Of a stretch of DNA of 64,000 nt, positions 17,431-28,150 are shown one piece after another. The DNA comes from Candidatus Micrarchaeota archaeon. Its GTDB lineage: Archaea; Micrarchaeota; Micrarchaeia; Micrarchaeales; CABMGC01. The stretch covers positions 51,052 through 115,051 of the forward strand of contig DAHXNY010000001.1 of NCBI GenBank assembly GCA_027365175.1. Reading direction: 5' to 3'. The position numbers were made by a program, and so were the translations under genes. The first letter of the stretch is position 1. Each line of letters begins with the position of its first letter. The notes under the pieces are model-generated. The model was not told where the DNA came from, ran no database searches, and worked only from the letters and a program-made list of their open reading frames with translations.

Positions 17431-20400
17431 ATGTCAAAATCCCATGCGGATAAGGATTCGGCGCGGTCCAAAAAACGTTCGAAGAAGGAGCAGATATCAT
17501 TAGAGTACATGATGATATTTGCATTCGCATTCCTTATAGTTGCGGTTGTTGTGGTCTATCTTTATGTCACAGGAGTGCACAATACCACTTATACTAATTC
17601 ATACTGCTATCTGACACCGGATATGCCCTGCCAGGGAATGTATGTGATAGGCAATTCCGTTTCTCCAACAAATGCAAAGGCATATGTGATATTTACTAAT
17701 GAAAAGGGCATCGGCATAAACGTTAGGCCTGGGTCTTTCTACTTCTACCCTAGTGCAAGCAATACAGTTTATTCTGGGGAGTGCATCCCCTCCAATGTAC
17801 CGCAGGGTGGTGTTGCCGTATGCAATGTTACTGTTAACAACTTGAACGGAGGATTATCTGCAGGAGAGCAGGTGAACCCTAAGTTCAATATCGCATACAG
17901 TGTTTGCAGCAATAATTATTGTAATGGATTGAGTGCAAATGCCCCTGTATTCAATACCACAGGCACAGGCACAACATATGTTGCAACCGGTGCCCCATCG
18001 CTGTATTATGTTACTGTAAAGAGTAGTAGCATAAACGTTACTGTGGATGGAGTGGAGTATGCACCAGGTTCAAAACTGGCAGTGTTTAAAGGGATAAGAT
18101 ACACTCTGTTCGGAGAGGTTCCTGCAGGTTATAATTTTGGTTCATGGACAGGCACAGGTGGAATCATTATTGTCTCTTCTAGTTCACAGACAACTGCGTT
18201 TACAGCTTCTGCAAATGGCACAGTATACGGAAGTAAGACAGCGATAACCTCTTCAACGTCTTCTACTTCTACAACATCGACAACTTCTAGCGTATTGTTT
18301 TATCAATTAAATGAGTATGCCAATCCTTCTGCAGAAGGGACGGTATCTCCGGGCACAGGAAGCTATCCTGCCGGTTCCTCAGTAACAATAAAGGCAACAC
18401 CTGACACAGGGTATCATTTTTTAGATTGGACGTGTTATGGCACGGGATGCTATTCTGGAACAAGCTCTTCTGCGACATTGACTATGGATACGGCTAGTAT
18501 CCAGGAGACGGCTAATTTTGCAATAAACAGTTACACATTTACAGAATCGGCAAATCCGTCTGCAGGAGGAACTGCGACTCCTGGGACCGGGACTTATAAT
18601 TACGGTTCTTCCGTAACACTTGGAGAGACTCCTAACGCAGGATACCATTTTGTTGACTGGACCTGCTCTGGAACCGGATGCTATTCTGGAACAAGCACTT
18701 CGCCAACCATCATAATAGAGGGTGCAATTACAGAGACGGCCAATTTCGCACTGGACTCATATACACTTACTACCGGAGCGAGCCCCTCCGGCAGCGGAAC
18801 AGTTTCCCCATCAAGCGGAAATTATAATTATGGATCGGCTGTAACCATATCTGAAACGCCAGTTGCATCCAACACCTTCACAGGATGGTCGTGCAGCGGG
18901 ACAGGCTGCTATTCAGGGACAGCAACATCAAACACCATAATAATCAAGAGTGATATGACCGAGACCGCAAGCTTCTCTCCTTACCAGCCTTTCACAGAAC
19001 TTGTCAATAACGCAGGTTATGGGACGGTATCTCCGGGATCAAATAGCGTACCTTACGGATCTGTAATAGATATAACCGAGGCTCCCACCACAGGGCACTA
19101 TTTCGTTAGCTGGACAGGAAGCGGGACAGGAAGCTACAGCGGAACTGCAACATCGGCGTATGTCACTGTGAATAACCCAATTACAGAGACGGCCAATTTC
19201 GCCGCGTATACATATGTGGTATCCACAGCAGTAAGCCCGTCAGGTTCAGGAAGCGCAACAGGAGGCGGAACTTATGACTATGGATCATCTGCAAGTTTAT
19301 CTGCTATAGCAAATTCAGGATATGCATTCTCCTCATGGTCATGCACAGGCACATGCCCTAGCGGCACCTCATCTACATCAAATCCATGGACGGTGACTGT
19401 AACAGGCACTGCAACCTATACTGCACAGTTTATAGATACATGTGGTGGTTCTGTATCGTATACAGTTCCTAATGGCATACCTTACACGGTGACAGTGCCT
19501 GCAGGTTGTACAACCGCAACTGTCACGCTCAATGGAGCCGGAGGAGGCGGAGGAGGAGATTCCACATTGATATATGAGACCGAGTCTACTGGAGGAAGCA
19601 CATTTTATTCTTGTGAGCCGTTTAGCACCAAATTTGTGACAGGCAGTGGTATGATAGATGTGCCTGGAGGCAGTGGTGGTAATGGGGCGAGTCTGTCAGG
19701 GAACATCGCAGTATCAGCTGGACAGGCATTATATGTATGGGTTGGTGGCGGAGGAGGCGGAGGATCTTCTGATCCGAATACCCAGCCTGCAAATGCAGCA
19801 GGTGGGGCAGGAGGGACTAATGGAGGAGGAGCAGGAGGAAGCGGCGTTACTGCTACAGAGGTCGCACCGTATGGATATTGCCCTTCAGGCGGAGCCGGAG
19901 GAGGCGGAGGGTTCTCTGCAATAGGAACCTCGACAACATCGGCAGGCTGGCTTGCTGCTGCCGGAGGAGGGGGAGGGGGAGGAGGTGCAGCATATCAAAG
20001 CGATCGGATAAATCCTGAAGGAGGAAGTGGCGGGGCAAGTGGAAATGGTGGAAGCAATGGATATACCACCGTAAGCGGAGAAGGCATTGGAGGAGGAGGC
20101 GCGACACTGTCTTCTGCAGGAAGTGGCGGGGCATACGGAGGTTCCCCAGGTTCATCGCTATCAGGAGGCGCAGGTTATACAGGATTTAATGTGCACACGG
20201 TTTCATGTTCTTCGTTCGCAAGCCAGGTGCCAGTTACAGGAGGAGGTAGCGGGGGTGGCGGAGGAGGCTACTATGGTGGTGGCGGAGGAGGAAGTAATAA
20301 TCAAAATACAAATCCATGCTCTACAGCGTCCGGAGGAGGAGGCGGAGGAGGATCTTCGTGGTGGTCAGGCTCTTTCATAGAGACAGGATATACTGCAAAT

Positions 20401-20514
20401 AGTATTGTAGGAGGAGCTACAGGTTGCTATTATGGAGGAGATTATCCACTTTCATGCGGTACCAGTGGCAATCCGGGCAACGATGGATCGGTTACAATCA
20501 CATGGTCGGGATGA
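17431..20514 (+). CDS. large cell-surface protein: class III (type IV pilin-like) signal peptide, pilin-like head, Ser/Thr linker, 5-6 InlB-B-type repeats, C-terminal glycine-rich (ALK/LTK GRD-like) domain
   Basis: The N-terminus is a basic stretch followed by QISLEYMMIFAFAFLIVAVVVV (DUF361-like QxSxEY plus a hydrophobic helix). Repeats have a 76-aa period and end in ETANFA. The C-terminal pattern is TVPAGCTTATVTLNGAGGGGGG..GQALYVWVGGGGGGG..GGGGGGYYGGGGGG. Confidence 0.85.
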   Translation: MSKSHADKDSARSKKRSKKEQISLEYMMIFAFAFLIVAVVVVYLYVTGVHNTTYTNSYCYLTPDMPCQGMYVIGNSVSPTNAKAYVIFTNEKGIGINVRPGSFYFYPSASNTVYSGECIPSNVPQGGVAVCNVTVNNLNGGLSAGEQVNPKFNIAYSVCSNNYCNGLSANAPVFNTTGTGTTYVATGAPSLYYVTVKSSSINVTVDGVEYAPGSKLAVFKGIRYTLFGEVPAGYNFGSWTGTGGIIIVSSSSQTTAFTASANGTVYGSKTAITSSTSSTSTTSTTSSVLFYQLNEYANPSAEGTVSPGTGSYPAGSSVTIKATPDTGYHFLDWTCYGTGCYSGTSSSATLTMDTASIQETANFAINSYTFTESANPSAGGTATPGTGTYNYGSSVTLGETPNAGYHFVDWTCSGTGCYSGTSTSPTIIIEGAITETANFALDSYTLTTGASPSGSGTVSPSSGNYNYGSAVTISETPVASNTFTGWSCSGTGCYSGTATSNTIIIKSDMTETASFSPYQPFTELVNNAGYGTVSPGSNSVPYGSVIDITEAPTTGHYFVSWTGSGTGSYSGTATSAYVTVNNPITETANFAAYTYVVSTAVSPSGSGSATGGGTYDYGSSASLSAIANSGYAFSSWSCTGTCPSGTSSTSNPWTVTVTGTATYTAQFIDTCGGSVSYTVPNGIPYTVTVPAGCTTATVTLNGAGGGGGGDSTLIYETESTGGSTFYSCEPFSTKFVTGSGMIDVPGGSGGNGASLSGNIAVSAGQALYVWVGGGGGGGSSDPNTQPANAAGGAGGTNGGGAGGSGVTATEVAPYGYCPSGGAGGGGGFSAIGTSTTSAGWLAAAGGGGGGGGAAYQSDRINPEGGSGGASGNGGSNGYTTVSGEGIGGGGATLSSAGSGGAYGGSPGSSLSGGAGYTGFNVHTVSCSSFASQVPVTGGGSGGGGGGYYGGGGGGSNNQNTNPCSTASGGGGGGGSSWWSGSFIETGYTANSIVGGATGCYYGGDYPLSCGTSGNPGNDGSVTITWSG
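18295..19431 (+). repeat. five tandem ~228-bp (76-aa) coding repeats inside the surface-protein gene
   Basis: The aa repeats are anchored by (A/S)NF(A/S) at residues 361, 437, 513 and 588 and AQF at 665. Shared core: ANPSxxGTxxPGTGxYxYGSSVT..TP..GYHFxxWTCxGTGCYSGT. A more degenerate copy precedes the Ser/Thr linker. Confidence 0.85.
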
Positions 20515-20701
20515 CTGGTCTTTGGTTCATGGCCCTTTCTGTTGACATTTACGTCATCAAAAACCACGTGTTGGCATGGCTTCGGACTCGGATTAATATT
20601 GTAGTTCGCATAACGTTAGCAAAGGCATATAAACCTTAGTATTCTATAAATAGCGGAAGTGTCTGTGCTAGTCCCTACTCTTTATCTTTATAGGTGTATG
20701 T

Positions 20702-20932
20702 TTGGCTGATAGAAGTGACCATGTTATTGTGCCCCCTCACAGATTAATGACTGATAAGGAGGCGAAAGAACTTCTGGAAGAGCTTGCCTTGAGGCCTGAG
20801 AACCTGCCTAAAATCCTTGAGAGCGATCCGCAGGTGAAGATACTTAACGGCAAGGTCGGGCAGATAATCAAGATAGACAGAACGGAGAACGGTATCAAGG
20901 TACCTTACTACAGGATAATTGTAGAAGGTTAA
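20702..20932 (+). CDS. rpoH: RNA polymerase subunit H (Rpb5 homologue)
   Basis: Motifs VPPHRLMTDKEAKELL and LPKILESDP..G.IIKI. TTG start. First gene of the RNAP operon. Confidence 0.9.
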   Translation: MADRSDHVIVPPHRLMTDKEAKELLEELALRPENLPKILESDPQVKILNGKVGQIIKIDRTENGIKVPYYRIIVEG

Positions 20933-20934
20933 TA

Positions 20935-22422
20935 GTGGTTTCTATGGATAGTGAAAGCGTTTTGTTGGAATCTTATTTGGACACTATGCCTCTGATACAG
21001 CACCAGCTGGAGAGCTTTAACAGATTTGTAAGCCAGGGCTTGCAGCGTGTTGTAGACAGGCAGAACGTAGTGCAGCCGAGCGTCGAGGGCTTTTCATTGA
21101 AGCTCGGGAACGTCAGGCTAGACAAGGCCTCCATAATAGAGGCGGACGGATCAAGGAGGCAGGTGATGCCGAATGAGGCCCGTCTGAGAAACCTCACGTA
21201 TTCTGCTCCTATATTCATAGAGGTAGTGCCAGTAATAAGGGGCATTGAGAAGAAAGCCTCTTTCGGAGAGGTCTTCATAGGAGAGCTGCCGATTATGGTA
21301 AGGAGTGATTTGTGTTACATAAAGACAATGTCAAAGCAGCAGCTGGTCGAAGAAGGAGAGGATTCGGATGATCCAGGAGGATATTTCATAATAAAGGGGG
21401 TTGAGCGCGTGCTTATAGGATTGGAGGATATAGCCCCGAACAGGATAATAACGACAAAGGGCAAGGGTGGAGACAAGGTAAACAGCGTTGTCTTCTCTAC
21501 AGCCCCTGGCTTCAGGGCAAGATGCGTCGTTTCAAGGAACCAGAATGGAGTCTACACGGTAGAATTCCCCACTATTTCCAAGAGCATCAATCTGATACTT
21601 CTCCTTAGGGCACTCGGGATGTCTGAAAAGGATCTTCTTAACAATGTATCAGACTCGCTTTCATTCAGGAACGACGTAATGTTGAACCTTGAGGTAAGCG
21701 ACTATAAGGAGATGACTCAGAACGAGGCCATATCGGAATTGGGAAGGATGGCAGCACCAGGGCAGGCTGCGGAATACCAATTATCAAGGGCAGAGACACA
21801 GATAAACAATTATCTCCTGCCACACATAGGAGAGACAGCAGAGGACAAATACAAGAAGGCAGAGTACCTTCTCACCATGGCGAGGAAGGCGACGATGGTC
21901 GGCAACAAACTTGCCAGAGAGGATGACAAGGACCATTATGCAAACAAGCGCGTAAAATTTGCAGGGGAGCTCATGGAGGATCTCTTCACCTATGCGTTCA
22001 GATTCTTTACAAAAGAGGTAAAGTACCAGATAGAGAGGACAAGCGCGCGTGGAAGGAAGCTGAGCATACAGTCGATAATAAACCCTGATACTATAACGGA
22101 GCGCATCTCCTACGCAATGGGAACGGGAACATGGGTTGCAGGCCAGACGGGAATATCCCAGGTTCTTGACCGCACGAACTTCTCAAGCGCTTACACTCAT
22201 CTGAGGAGAGTCAAATCTCCTCTTGCAAAGAAGCATCCGCACTTCAAGGCAAGAGAGGTGCATGGAACGCAGTGGGGCAAGATATGCCCTTCTGAGACCC
22301 CTGAAGGACAGGAAGTAGGGCTTACAAAGTATCTTGCACTAATGTCTAAGGTTACAGTAGGTGCAGAGGAGTCCTCTTTCGAGGACAAATTAGTAGGCCT
22401 TAAGAAAAAGGCAAATGAGTGA
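20935..22422 (+). CDS. rpoB2: RNA polymerase subunit B'' (N-terminal part of the split B subunit)
   Basis: Rpb2 N-terminal (protrusion/lobe/fork) pattern, for example ARLRNLTYSAP and GYFIIKGVERV. It ends 4 nt before the rpoB' ATG. Confidence 0.95.
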   Translation: MVSMDSESVLLESYLDTMPLIQHQLESFNRFVSQGLQRVVDRQNVVQPSVEGFSLKLGNVRLDKASIIEADGSRRQVMPNEARLRNLTYSAPIFIEVVPVIRGIEKKASFGEVFIGELPIMVRSDLCYIKTMSKQQLVEEGEDSDDPGGYFIIKGVERVLIGLEDIAPNRIITTKGKGGDKVNSVVFSTAPGFRARCVVSRNQNGVYTVEFPTISKSINLILLLRALGMSEKDLLNNVSDSLSFRNDVMLNLEVSDYKEMTQNEAISELGRMAAPGQAAEYQLSRAETQINNYLLPHIGETAEDKYKKAEYLLTMARKATMVGNKLAREDDKDHYANKRVKFAGELMEDLFTYAFRFFTKEVKYQIERTSARGRKLSIQSIINPDTITERISYAMGTGTWVAGQTGISQVLDRTNFSSAYTHLRRVKSPLAKKHPHFKAREVHGTQWGKICPSETPEGQEVGLTKYLALMSKVTVGAEESSFEDKLVGLKKKANE

Positions 22423-22426
22423 TATT

Positions 22427-24250
22427 ATGGCAAAGAACGCAATAACTCATGTTTACCTGAACGGAAGAGACATAGGGACCGTAGAGGATCCTCAGAAGTT
22501 CGTCAATGAGATAAGGAGTGCAAGAAGGACGGGAGTGATTTCGGGAGAGATCAACGTTGCACACTATGCAAAGCAGCATTACATCAACATAAACAGCGAC
22601 CGCGGAAGGGTAAGGAAGCCGTATGTAATAATAGAAGGCGGCAGGTCAAAGCTCACAAAGGAGGTAATAGAGAAGCTTAAGAGCAAGGAGATAAATTTCA
22701 ATTATCTGTTCAGGAACGGAATAGTAGAATACTTGGATGCTGAAGAGGAGGAGAATGCGCTCGTCGCCTTCAACGAAAGCGACATAACAGAGAGGCACAC
22801 CCATCTCGAAGTAGACATAGCGTCGATATTCGGATTCACAGTAGCTACTTCCCCTTATGCTGAGCACAACAGCATCGCAAGGCATGCCATGCTTTCAAAC
22901 TTCATAAAGCAGGCGCAGGGATTGTATGCGATTAACTTCAACCAGAGATTCGATTCAAGAAGCTATCTGCTCTTCTATCCGCAGGTTCCTATAGTCAATA
23001 CCGTTCCTTACAGGAAGACCAATATCCAGAAGCACCCTAGCGGCCAGAATTTTGTAGTGGCGCTTTCAACATATTATGGATACAACATGCAGGACGCAGT
23101 AGTCCTGAACAGGGCTGCCGTTGAGAGAGGGGCAGGAAGAAGCCTCTTCTACAAGACATACTCGGATGAAGAGAGAAGGTATCCAGGAGGGCAGAGAGAC
23201 AGACTGAAGGTCCCGCCTCCTACGGCAGAAGGATACATGGGAGAGCACTTCTATTCAAAGCTCAGCGACGACGGAATCATAGAGCCTGAGATGGACGTCC
23301 AGGAAGGGGATGTATTGATAGGCAAGGTATCCCCTCCTAGATTCCTTGAAGAGAGCATGGGACCTAGCGGAATAGAGGAGAAGGTAAGGGATGATTCAAC
23401 AGTACTTAAGACTGGGGAGACAGGGATTGTGGACAGTGTAATGATAACAGAGTCCCCTGGTGCAACCAAGCTAGTAAAAATAAGAGTGCGCGGCCTCAGG
23501 GTCCCTGAGAACGGAGATAAGTTTGCAAGCAGGCACGGACAGAAGGGAGTAACATCTCTGATAGTACCTCCTGAAGATATGCCATTCTCAGAATCAGGCA
23601 TAATACCTGATCTGCTGCTAAATCCACACAGCGTTCCCTCTAGAATGACGTTTGGCCACCTGCTTGAGGAGCTTGCAGGAAAGGCAGGAGCTGTAAGCGG
23701 AAGGACTATAGATGGCACAGCATTTGCGCAGGACGGTGTGGAAAGAATGGCAGAGTATGGCAGGATGCTTGAGGAGAATGGTTTTGACAAGTACGGAGAG
23801 GAGGAGATGTACGACGGCATAACAGGCATGAAGTTCAAGGCCAAGGTCTTCACAGGAGTCGTTTACTACAACAGGCTGTACCACATGGTAAGCAATAAGA
23901 TACAGGTAAGAAGCAGAGGAAAGGTACAGATACTGACGCACCAGCCTACAGAAGGAAAGGCAAGGCAGGGAGCGCTCAGATTCGGAGAGATGGAACGAGA
24001 TACGCTTATAGGGTATGGCGCAAGCCTTTTGCTGAAGGAGAGGCTGCTTGACCAGAGCGACAAGACAACAGTGCTCATATGCAGGCAGTGCGGCAACATC
24101 GGCTATTACGACCATATAAAGAGGGTGAATGTCTGCCCAATAGACAAGGGCTCCGACTTCGTTGACGTGGAGATAAGCTATGCATTCAAGGTATTGCTTG
24201 ACGAGATAAAGTCTCTGCACATAATGCCTAGAATGAAGGTAAATGAGTGA
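22427..24250 (+). CDS. rpoB1: RNA polymerase subunit B' (C-terminal part of the split B subunit)
   Basis: Rpb2 C-terminal pattern: GDKFASRHGQKG, PSRMTFG, RFGEMERD and the Zn ribbon CRQCG..CP. The ORF track start is 22415. ATG 22427 is preferred because it sits behind GAGTGA-N4. Confidence 0.95.
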   Translation: MAKNAITHVYLNGRDIGTVEDPQKFVNEIRSARRTGVISGEINVAHYAKQHYININSDRGRVRKPYVIIEGGRSKLTKEVIEKLKSKEINFNYLFRNGIVEYLDAEEEENALVAFNESDITERHTHLEVDIASIFGFTVATSPYAEHNSIARHAMLSNFIKQAQGLYAINFNQRFDSRSYLLFYPQVPIVNTVPYRKTNIQKHPSGQNFVVALSTYYGYNMQDAVVLNRAAVERGAGRSLFYKTYSDEERRYPGGQRDRLKVPPPTAEGYMGEHFYSKLSDDGIIEPEMDVQEGDVLIGKVSPPRFLEESMGPSGIEEKVRDDSTVLKTGETGIVDSVMITESPGATKLVKIRVRGLRVPENGDKFASRHGQKGVTSLIVPPEDMPFSESGIIPDLLLNPHSVPSRMTFGHLLEELAGKAGAVSGRTIDGTAFAQDGVERMAEYGRMLEENGFDKYGEEEMYDGITGMKFKAKVFTGVVYYNRLYHMVSNKIQVRSRGKVQILTHQPTEGKARQGALRFGEMERDTLIGYGASLLLKERLLDQSDKTTVLICRQCGNIGYYDHIKRVNVCPIDKGSDFVDVEISYAFKVLLDEIKSLHIMPRMKVNE

Positions 24251-24254
24251 TGCT

Positions 24255-26798
24255 ATGAAAACCGAGGTAATCAATTATATAAAATTCGGAGTGATGAACC
24301 CCGAGTATGTCAAGGCTCTTGGGGTAGTGAAGCTTACCGTTCCGGACACATATAATGAGGACGGATACCCTATAGACGGAGGGCTGCTTGACCAGCGCCT
24401 CGGTGTGATTGACCCTGGATTGATATGCAAGACCTGCGGAGCGCGTGCCAAGTCCTGCCCGGGACATTTTGGCAGGATAGAGCTCGTAAGGCCTGCGATA
24501 CACTCTGAATTCGGGAAGACCCTGTACATGATACTGCAATCGACATGCAGAAACTGCAACAGGCTGCTTCTGGACGATGAGAGCCTTGCAAAGTACAGGG
24601 GAGAGAAGCTTGACCCTGACAGCATAGCCGTTGAAGGAGAAGAGGGAGCTGTAGAGGTCAAGAGCGCGATGCTTAAGAGACTTAAGGACATAAAGAAGTG
24701 CGAGAGATGCGGCACTCAGAAGAAGAAGCTTAAGTTCTCGCTGCCAACATACTTCTACGTTGAAGATTACAAGCTTAAGCCTAATGAGATAAGAGATATG
24801 GTATCCAAGATAAGCAATGATGATCTTGAGATACTCGGCATAGATGCTGAGAATGCGAGGCCAGAATGGCTCATACTTGATATACTGCTCGTGCCTCCTG
24901 TAAATGTAAGGCCGTCTATCACTCTTGAGAGCGGAGAGAGGAGCGAGGACGAACTTACACACAAGCTCGTAGACATAATGAGGATAAACCAGAGGCTGGA
25001 ACAGAACCTCAATGCAGGCGCACCGCAGATAATAATAGACGATCTTTGGGAGCTCCTCCAGTATCACGTTACTACATACTTCAACAATGAGACATCGAAT
25101 ATTCCTCCTGCAAGGCACAGGAGTGGAAGGGCCCTTAAGACCCTTACCCAGAGACTGAAGGGCAAGGAGGGAAGATTCAGGTACAACCTCAGCGGAAAGC
25201 GTGTCAACTATTCAGCAAGAACCGTAATCAGCGTTGATCCAAATGTAGATATAGACGAGGTAGGGGTGCCGTTTGCCATAGCTTCCAAGCTTACCGTCCC
25301 GTTCTATGTGACCGAGTGGAACATAGAGCATGCAAAGAAGATGCTCATGTCGAATGATTATCCTGCTGTGCTGAATGTGATAAGCAAGGATGGCAAGAGA
25401 AAGCGCGTCATAGATACCAATAAGGAAGAGATAGAGAAGGAACTTTCTGCAGGAGACATAATGGAGAGGCAACTTGTCGATGGAGATATAGTGCTTTTCA
25501 ACAGGCAGCCTTCGCTTCACCGTATGTCGATCATGGCCCACAAGGCAAAGGTGCTTCCTGGAAAGACCTTCAGGATCAACCTCTGCGTAGCGGCACCTTA
25601 TAACGCAGACTTCGACGGAGACGAGATGAACCTGCACGTGCCGCAGACGCTTGAGGCAAGGGCGGAAGCAAAGATACTGATGATGTCATCACACCAGGTC
25701 TTCTCCCCTAAGGAAGGAGATGTGATAATAGGTACGGAGCAGGATGGAATAACAGGAGCGTATGAAATGACTGATGAGGATGCTTACGTTACAAAAGAGG
25801 AGGCCGTTTACCTTCTTTCAGTAGCAGGGATATATGACTTGCCAAAAGAGGGCAAGAACGGCATGTACAGGGCCAGAGATGTCTTCTCTATGCTCTTCCC
25901 TAAGGGACTGGACTTTGAAGCCGAGACCAAGAGAGGGCACATCAAGATAAAGGATGGCCAGCTTGTAGAGGGAAGGATGGACAATGGCACAATCGGAAGA
26001 GGCGGCAACAAGCTCTTCATGAAGATACGCACCGATTACGGATTCGAGGAGCTCAAGAAGTTCATATACAGCTCTGCAAAGATGGTAAACGCATATGTAA
26101 CCCTGATGGGCTTCAGTCTTGGAGTAAAGGAGTATGTGAATGATGAAAGGCTTGTAAGGGATAGGAAGCGCATGCTTGACGAGACCTTCGAGAAGATAAA
26201 TAAGCTCATAGCGGATTACAACGACGGAAAGCTTGAGGCACTCATAGGTTACACCCTGAAGAGCTCTCTGGAAAGGATGATAATAGCGGAATTGAACCTG
26301 GTGAGAGACAAAGCAGGAAAGGATATAATCAAGACAAAGGCAGATGACAAGGAGAAGAATACGGCTATGGACATGGTATCTTCAGGTGCGAGAGGAAACA
26401 TACTCAACGTAGTACAGATGATGATGTTCCTTGGACAGCAGGCAACAATATCAGGAGGCAGGATAAACCGTGGTTACGCCACAAGAAGAGCCCTGCCGCA
26501 CATACTTCCTGGAGATCTCTCCCCTAAGGGAAGAGGTTTTGTAACGACATCGTTCTACGGAGGCCTTGACCCTATAGATTTGTTCATGCATGCAGTAGGT
26601 TCAAGAGGTTCTGAGATATACAAGGCGTTGCTGACGGCAAGAAGTGGATATCTTTATAGGAGATTGTCCAACGCGCTGCAGGACTACTATGTAGATATAG
26701 ACTATAGCGTGAGGGACGCGAGCAACAACCTTATAGAGACGGAGTATGGAGGAGACAGGCTGGACCCTATGTACACGAAGGTAATTGAGGTAGAGTGA
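24255..26798 (+). CDS. rpoA1: RNA polymerase subunit A'
   Basis: Zn motifs CKTCG..CPGHFG and the catalytic [10 protein letters not shown]. The ORF track start is 24243. ATG 24255 is preferred because it sits behind GAGTGA-N4. Confidence 0.95.
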   Translation: MKTEVINYIKFGVMNPEYVKALGVVKLTVPDTYNEDGYPIDGGLLDQRLGVIDPGLICKTCGARAKSCPGHFGRIELVRPAIHSEFGKTLYMILQSTCRNCNRLLLDDESLAKYRGEKLDPDSIAVEGEEGAVEVKSAMLKRLKDIKKCERCGTQKKKLKFSLPTYFYVEDYKLKPNEIRDMVSKISNDDLEILGIDAENARPEWLILDILLVPPVNVRPSITLESGERSEDELTHKLVDIMRINQRLEQNLNAGAPQIIIDDLWELLQYHVTTYFNNETSNIPPARHRSGRALKTLTQRLKGKEGRFRYNLSGKRVNYSARTVISVDPNVDIDEVGVPFAIASKLTVPFYVTEWNIEHAKKMLMSNDYPAVLNVISKDGKRKRVIDTNKEEIEKELSAGDIMERQLVDGDIVLFNRQPSLHRMSIMAHKAKVLPGKTFRINLCVAAPYNADFDGDEMNLHVPQTLEARAEAKILMMSSHQVFSPKEGDVIIGTEQDGITGAYEMTDEDAYVTKEEAVYLLSVAGIYDLPKEGKNGMYRARDVFSMLFPKGLDFEAETKRGHIKIKDGQLVEGRMDNGTIGRGGNKLFMKIRTDYGFEELKKFIYSSAKMVNAYVTLMGFSLGVKEYVNDERLVRDRKRMLDETFEKINKLIADYNDGKLEALIGYTLKSSLERMIIAELNLVRDKAGKDIIKTKADDKEKNTAMDMVSSGARGNILNVVQMMMFLGQQATISGGRINRGYATRRALPHILPGDLSPKGRGFVTTSFYGGLDPIDLFMHAVGSRGSEIYKALLTARSGYLYRRLSNALQDYYVDIDYSVRDASNNLIETEYGGDRLDPMYTKVIEVE

Positions 26799-26802
26799 TA
26801 TT

Positions 26803-27849
26803 ATGGCAAAAGAGAGTTCGAAGGAGAAGTTTCTGGTACAGTTCGGCGAGGCAGTGGGCACAGTAGCTGCGCAGTCTCTTGGAGAGCCTGGCACTCAGAT
26901 GATTCTAAGAACCTTCCACTATGCAGGAGTAGAATCCACAATGTCCACATCAGGACTGCCAAGAATAGTGGAGCTCGTAGACGCAAAGAAGAAGCCGACT
27001 ACTCCGATAACCTATATCTACCTGAACAAGGACATATCGAAGAGCTTTGAGAAGGCTGATGAGATGATAAAGAAGATAAGCGAGGTCACCATGAACTCCG
27101 TGGTCAGGAGAGTGGATGAAAACTTCTCAAAGGGCAAGATAAGGTTGATAATGAGCTCTCAGGAAATGGAGGCTGCAAGGCTGACAACAAAGGCAGTAGC
27201 TTCTAAGATATCAAAGGACTTTGGTTTTGAGACCAAGGCGGAAGGAAGAATAATAGAGATAAAGATAGGCACGCGGGATCCGAAGAAGGTGCGCTCCGAG
27301 AGAGTAAGGATAATGAATTCGGTAATAAGCGGGATAGAAGGCGCAGGAAAGGTAATGCTAAGGCAGGACGAGAATACAAAGGAGTTCTATCTGATAGCTG
27401 CAGGAAGTGATATGGAGAGCATTGTTGACATACCGGGAGTCGATCCTACAAGGATAATGACGAATGATGTATTTTCAGTATATAGGCTGTTTGGAGTCGA
27501 AGCTGCAAGGAATGTGATAATACACGAGCTTGCAAAGACCCTTGATGAACAGAGGATAGGAGTCAACAGAAGGCATCTTGCGCTTATTGCGGACGCGATG
27601 ACTGCAAGAGGCAACATAAAGGGAGTCGGAAGGCACGGACTCAGCGGAGAGAAAGGATCGGTGCTGGCAAGGGCAGCATATGAAGAGACTGTAAAACACC
27701 TTGTCCATGCTGCAGTTTACGGGGAGATTGACCATATGAACGGGGTTACCGAGAATGTACTTATTGGGAAGCAGGTGCCTGTCGGAACCGGGACCGTGCA
27801 CCTTGCAATAAAGAAGGAGGATCTTTCCAAAGTTGGCAAAAAGAAATAG
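26803..27849 (+). CDS. rpoA2: RNA polymerase subunit A''
   Basis: Rpb1 C-terminal (trigger-loop region) pattern [24 protein letters not shown]4-ATG junction with rpoA'. Confidence 0.95.
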   Translation: MAKESSKEKFLVQFGEAVGTVAAQSLGEPGTQMILRTFHYAGVESTMSTSGLPRIVELVDAKKKPTTPITYIYLNKDISKSFEKADEMIKKISEVTMNSVVRRVDENFSKGKIRLIMSSQEMEAARLTTKAVASKISKDFGFETKAEGRIIEIKIGTRDPKKVRSERVRIMNSVISGIEGAGKVMLRQDENTKEFYLIAAGSDMESIVDIPGVDPTRIMTNDVFSVYRLFGVEAARNVIIHELAKTLDEQRIGVNRRHLALIADAMTARGNIKGVGRHGLSGEKGSVLARAAYEETVKHLVHAAVYGEIDHMNGVTENVLIGKQVPVGTGTVHLAIKKEDLSKVGKKK

Positions 27850-27908
27850 TCTTTTAAATTGTTTTATCTCTATAATCTGAATAAGTATACAAGAACAAGG
27901 TTTTAACT

Positions 27909-28133
27909 ATGCCGCAGGACAGACCCTTTGATCTACTGAACAAGTCGATAGGACAGCAAGTGATGATAAGGCTGAAGAATGGAACCGACATACGTGGAAA
28001 GGTCGTTTCATTCGATGCACACATGAACATCGTTATAGAGAATGCCGAAGAGGTAGATGATGGAGAACTCAAGGCAAGGTTGAATACCATACTATTAAGA
28101 GGAGGAAACATTCTCTTCATTTCCCCAGTGTAA
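27909..28133 (+). CDS. Sm-like archaeal protein (SmAP/LSm)
   Basis: Sm1/Sm2 pattern: V.IRLKNG.DIRG.VVSFDAHMNIVIENAEE...ILLRGGNILFISP. Confidence 0.9.
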   Translation: MPQDRPFDLLNKSIGQQVMIRLKNGTDIRGKVVSFDAHMNIVIENAEEVDDGELKARLNTILLRGGNILFISPV

Positions 28134-28150
28134 CATGACTTTATCCTTAT

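Noticed and set aside
19540-20350. Highly repetitive GGAGGAGG/GGCGGAGG stretches that might look like a repeat array.
   Set aside because: They are in-frame poly-Gly coding sequence of the glycine-rich domain. There is no repeat-spacer periodicity, so this is not a CRISPR array.
20515-20701. Gap between the surface-protein gene and rpoH, checked for ncRNA or an extra small gene (ORF 20424..20639).
   Set aside because: Only weak 4-bp palindromes are present. The ORF overlaps the end of the large gene, and its Trp/Arg-rich translation has no family resemblance. The region most likely holds the RNAP operon promoter, with TATA-like elements near 20623-20660.
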